Positions 61,010 through 64,000 of a stretch of DNA of 64,000 bases are shown in pieces. The position numbers and the translations under genes were made by a program. A model generated the notes under the pieces. It was not told the origin of the DNA. It made no database searches and worked only from the letters and a program-made list of their open reading frames with translations. The stretch's first letter is position 1. Each line of letters starts with the position of its first letter. Origin of the DNA: Coniocarpon cinnabarinum (taxonomy: Eukaryota); the NCBI GenBank assembly GCA_051942205.1, contig JAVECO010000004.1:1-64000 (forward strand). Reading direction: 5' to 3'.

Positions 61010-62134
61010 GACTTCAGTGGCAGTGAGAGCATGGAGGTTATAGATGCCGACTAGTGGACGGTAGTGACGGGATGAGGATTGGAGATGAGTATGTGTGGCG
61101 GCTAGCGTGAGCGTTATGCATTCGACTGTTGACTTTTGATTTGTGCTGGATGTTGTAGTATCTCGTGGTTTTTCCAACTCCTTGCTTTTGACGCTCTTGT
61201 TTGGTTCGATGACAAGGTCAAGGAAATGCCACAAGACGTCCCAGCTTTGGTATCGCTCACTAGCTTTAAGCACCACAGAACGCGACATCTGTAAATGTCC
61301 CTCACAGCGCTCAGACATTATTAGATTCGAACGCCTAAAACAGCGATATCAATCTTTATGCTGTCCTCAAGCACGCGAGGATCCAGCATCATCTCGCAAG
61401 AGCTTGTAAGCAATTGTACGTATCCGCATCGTTACGAATATTTGACAAATAGAGAGCGAAAGCCTCACTTCGCGCGCGAAGGGAGTTTCGATATCTACCT
61501 TTTATGATGCAAGGCGCTCAAACAGCGCAGTCGAAAACAGCAGCGATCATAAACGACGGTGAGAAACGGTCTGGACGCTGATGTTGGTGGGATATGAAGC
61601 TGAAGGCATGCGGAATACGTAGTCACCGAGCTTGAGCAGAAACCACTCGCGGATGTATCTCCTTGATGTATTAGTATTGGAAAAGTGGATGAATTTGTGT
61701 GGATAGAGGGACTATATTCTGCTATGATATAGCAAGCCTTCCGAAAAGCTTCTACGCTCAGATCTTAGACTCTTTCTAGTTTTAAGAATATCTCATCGTA
61801 TTATAAAATTAGGTTTCATAATTACGAGTTGGCTTTTTGAAGGCTGAGCTTTGATACAGCAGAATTAGGTTGCGGGACTATACGCACACTGGTAGGAAGG
61901 ACTAAGAAAGGGGAAAGATTTCGGGAGGTAGTGGGCTATGCGATAGCGATCCAACCATTGAGATTTGTGTTTAAGTGCAACACGTCTCCCAGAAGCAAAG
62001 ATTTCGCAACGACGGAAAAGGTCATCACAGACTTACGTCTATACCAGACAGACGAACAACGTGTGCGCATCGACGGGAAGAAGACAGGCTTCATGATGTC
62101 GCCAAAAAGACGCAGATAATTTGACGTTCCCACT

Positions 62135-63646
62135 TCAAAGTTGAAACTTCGTCCTCACCTTCTCCATCTTCGCTTTCCACTCCCACTCCTGTCCACTAAC
62201 CCTTTGGATCCCCCGATCCACCCTCCGTAACTTCAACGTAAACCGCGGTCCCAACTCCTGCAACCCGGCCTTCACATTCTCGACACCTCTCACAGCCTTG
62301 CCCGTTTCCGCATCGGTCACGCTCTTTTCCGTGGCGCGTTTATCTCGGAAGACGTAGCGATGCCGTCGCACGAAGATGTAGTCACGTTGGTTGTGCAATG
62401 TGACCACTTGTCTGCCTGTGAGTTCTGGAGATGGCGGGAAGAGGGAGCGGAAGAAGTGCGCGGTCAGCAGACCAAGAGGTGTGCGGAAGTTGTTCAATAT
62501 TAGTTCGGGGTGGTGGTCTGTGGGTCGACCGTGGCCTGGGAGACGTCTGCCGGGGATCCAATTCGTGATGGTGAAATGCAGGGTTGGGCCCGAGGGTAAG
62601 TGTATCGCTGTTAAACCTGATGGGCGTTTATGATCTTCATTGAGGACAAGGAGAGTAGTGAAGTCGCGGTTCGAGGCGTATTTGGCGACTTCACGGAGGG
62701 AGTAGTGGTGAGATCGGTACTTGTGGCGGGTGCGAGGGACGTAGGTGCTATTGGGAAAGAGATCGACGAGGAGGTTTGCTTCGCGGTGGACGGTCCCGAA
62801 GAGGGAGGTCGTGATGAGGGCTTTGGGATTTTTATGTGGTTGTTCGAATAGAGTGGGGAACTTGGAGGATAGTGCGTCGGGAATGAGAGAGATTGCGGTT
62901 GAGGTTGTGGATGGAGCTGGTGTGCGTGATGCCATCGAGGCGTTGTCGGCAGCATTTGGGTCGTCTTGGATTTTTGAAGCATCGTCGGGACCCTCTTCGT
63001 CCGAGACCTCTTGCAGAATGCTCTCAATATCGTCACCGTCGTCCTCGCCGTCCTCATCCGGGCCATTCTTGAGACTGTCGGCTTCATCGAGGTCTTCGTC
63101 ACCCGACTTTGTTCCGGGCTCCAATGCATCGCTGTGTACGGCTTCTCCTTGGACTAATTCATTCGCTTCATCCGTGAAAGGGGATTCATGGTCCTCATTC
63201 GCGGCCGCATCGGCTCCTTCGCTATCAGCTCCGGTGCCCCCAGCTTGAGCCTCGTTTTTCTGCGCTTCTAGATCGTCTTTCTCCTTGAGCTTGTCTTCCG
63301 TCAACCCCTCCTTCTCCGCTTTCTCGATTCTTTGTCTGACGCCGTCTAGAAGCTCATGATCTACTCGCTGGCGCTTCAGACTCCCTACGTCGACCGAAAG
63401 TCCCAGGCCAGAACCCTGGAGTTCTGCATCATCAATTTCGTCCCACCGTCGCTTTCTGTCCAGCGTAAGCGGGACGTTCTTCGTTTGTCTCTTGATTCTT
63501 GCATCTGGATCTTTGGCCTCGTCGCGTTTCCTCCGCATGCGAAAGTCTCGTCTCTGCGCATCTTTTGCTTTTTTAGCTTTTTGGTGAAGTGCTTGTCGTT
63601 GGAGCTTGTTCTGAGGCCTCGTGTCGCCCAGCCTATTTTTGGTCAT
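62135..63646 (-). CDS. RPF1: Brix-domain 60S ribosome biogenesis protein
   Basis: NKLQRQ...NVPLTLDRKR, acidic insert, PKALITTS, HLPSGPT, HGRPTDHHPELILNNFRTPLG, GRQVVTLHNQRDYIFVRRHRY and LQELGPRFTLKL. Confidence 0.92.
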   Translation of the reverse strand: MTKNRLGDTRPQNKLQRQALHQKAKKAKDAQRRDFRMRRKRDEAKDPDARIKRQTKNVPLTLDRKRRWDEIDDAELQGSGLGLSVDVGSLKRQRVDHELLDGVRQRIEKAEKEGLTEDKLKEKDDLEAQKNEAQAGGTGADSEGADAAANEDHESPFTDEANELVQGEAVHSDALEPGTKSGDEDLDEADSLKNGPDEDGEDDGDDIESILQEVSDEEGPDDASKIQDDPNAADNASMASRTPAPSTTSTAISLIPDALSSKFPTLFEQPHKNPKALITTSLFGTVHREANLLVDLFPNSTYVPRTRHKYRSHHYSLREVAKYASNRDFTTLLVLNEDHKRPSGLTAIHLPSGPTLHFTITNWIPGRRLPGHGRPTDHHPELILNNFRTPLGLLTAHFFRSLFPPSPELTGRQVVTLHNQRDYIFVRRHRYVFRDKRATEKSVTDAETGKAVRGVENVKAGLQELGPRFTLKLRRVDRGIQRVSGQEWEWKAKMEKVRTKFQL

Positions 63647-64000
63647 GTTCTTGACGCCTTGACTTTGTGGCTGCCCTAGAAATCTTCACAGATAAGAGAC
63701 ACGATGAGCATGAAATTCGTGCAGGCGGCTTTTACGCTCGACGTGCGTGTAACTAGTAGTTTCAACACGATAGTTTTTAGGCCCAGACAACTCCAGTGCT
63801 GAATAGCATCAGTTTAGCACTAAGTATTTGATGAGCTCTTCAGCTTTAACGACTTGTCTAATAATTTCGAGGATGGGTACCACAGCAATGGTTGGACAGT
63901 CTTCAATGCTGATGATCGTGGAGCTGCCAAGATTTCGCGGAGGCAGCTCCGAAGCCGCAACCTACATTGAGTACTAAACATCAAATGTCTCGATGCCCTT

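Noticed and set aside
60395..61318. 307-aa minus-strand ORF
   Set aside because: Mostly antisense to the SEC12 3' end; no recognisable motifs.
61330..62119. Possible decayed gene between SEC12 and RPF1
   Set aside because: Only ~90 open codons, with no start or family motif; insufficient support.

Overview
Eukaryotic DNA from a filamentous ascomycete: short GT-AG introns with CTRAC-type branch points, and RIP-like C-to-T decay in repeats. About 25 protein-coding genes can be supported. Conserved housekeeping genes are 3-hydroxyisobutyrate dehydrogenase, derlin, centromeric histone CENP-A/Cse4, SER3, a lysophospholipid acyltransferase, CTR9, the fluoride exporter FEX1, POS5 NADH kinase, a DUF89/ARMT1-like phosphatase, SEC12 and RPF1. 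Accessory genes are an MRJP/yellow protein, an SRR1-like protein, a PTH11-like membrane protein, a 3-repeat Myb, a GH7 endoglucanase, a small Cys-rich secreted protein, a GNAT and an esterase. The most interesting element (26.5-31.4 kb) is a head-to-head pair that the ORF track shows only as fragments. One gene is an intact 11-exon, highly divergent HSPA12-type Hsp70/actin-fold ATPase (~672 aa). The other is a 4-exon gene (~539 aa) whose C-terminus resembles the GrpE beta-domain pattern. Together they are a candidate dedicated Hsp70 plus co-factor module, flanked by a ~530 bp RIP-marked foldback and a decayed gene. Also found: a hidden 78-aa three-exon gene, micro-exons, stopless 3n introns and a RIP-degraded MITE. 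No tRNA, rRNA or CRISPR could be supported. Exon boundaries were read by eye, and family calls rest on motif recognition rather than database searches.
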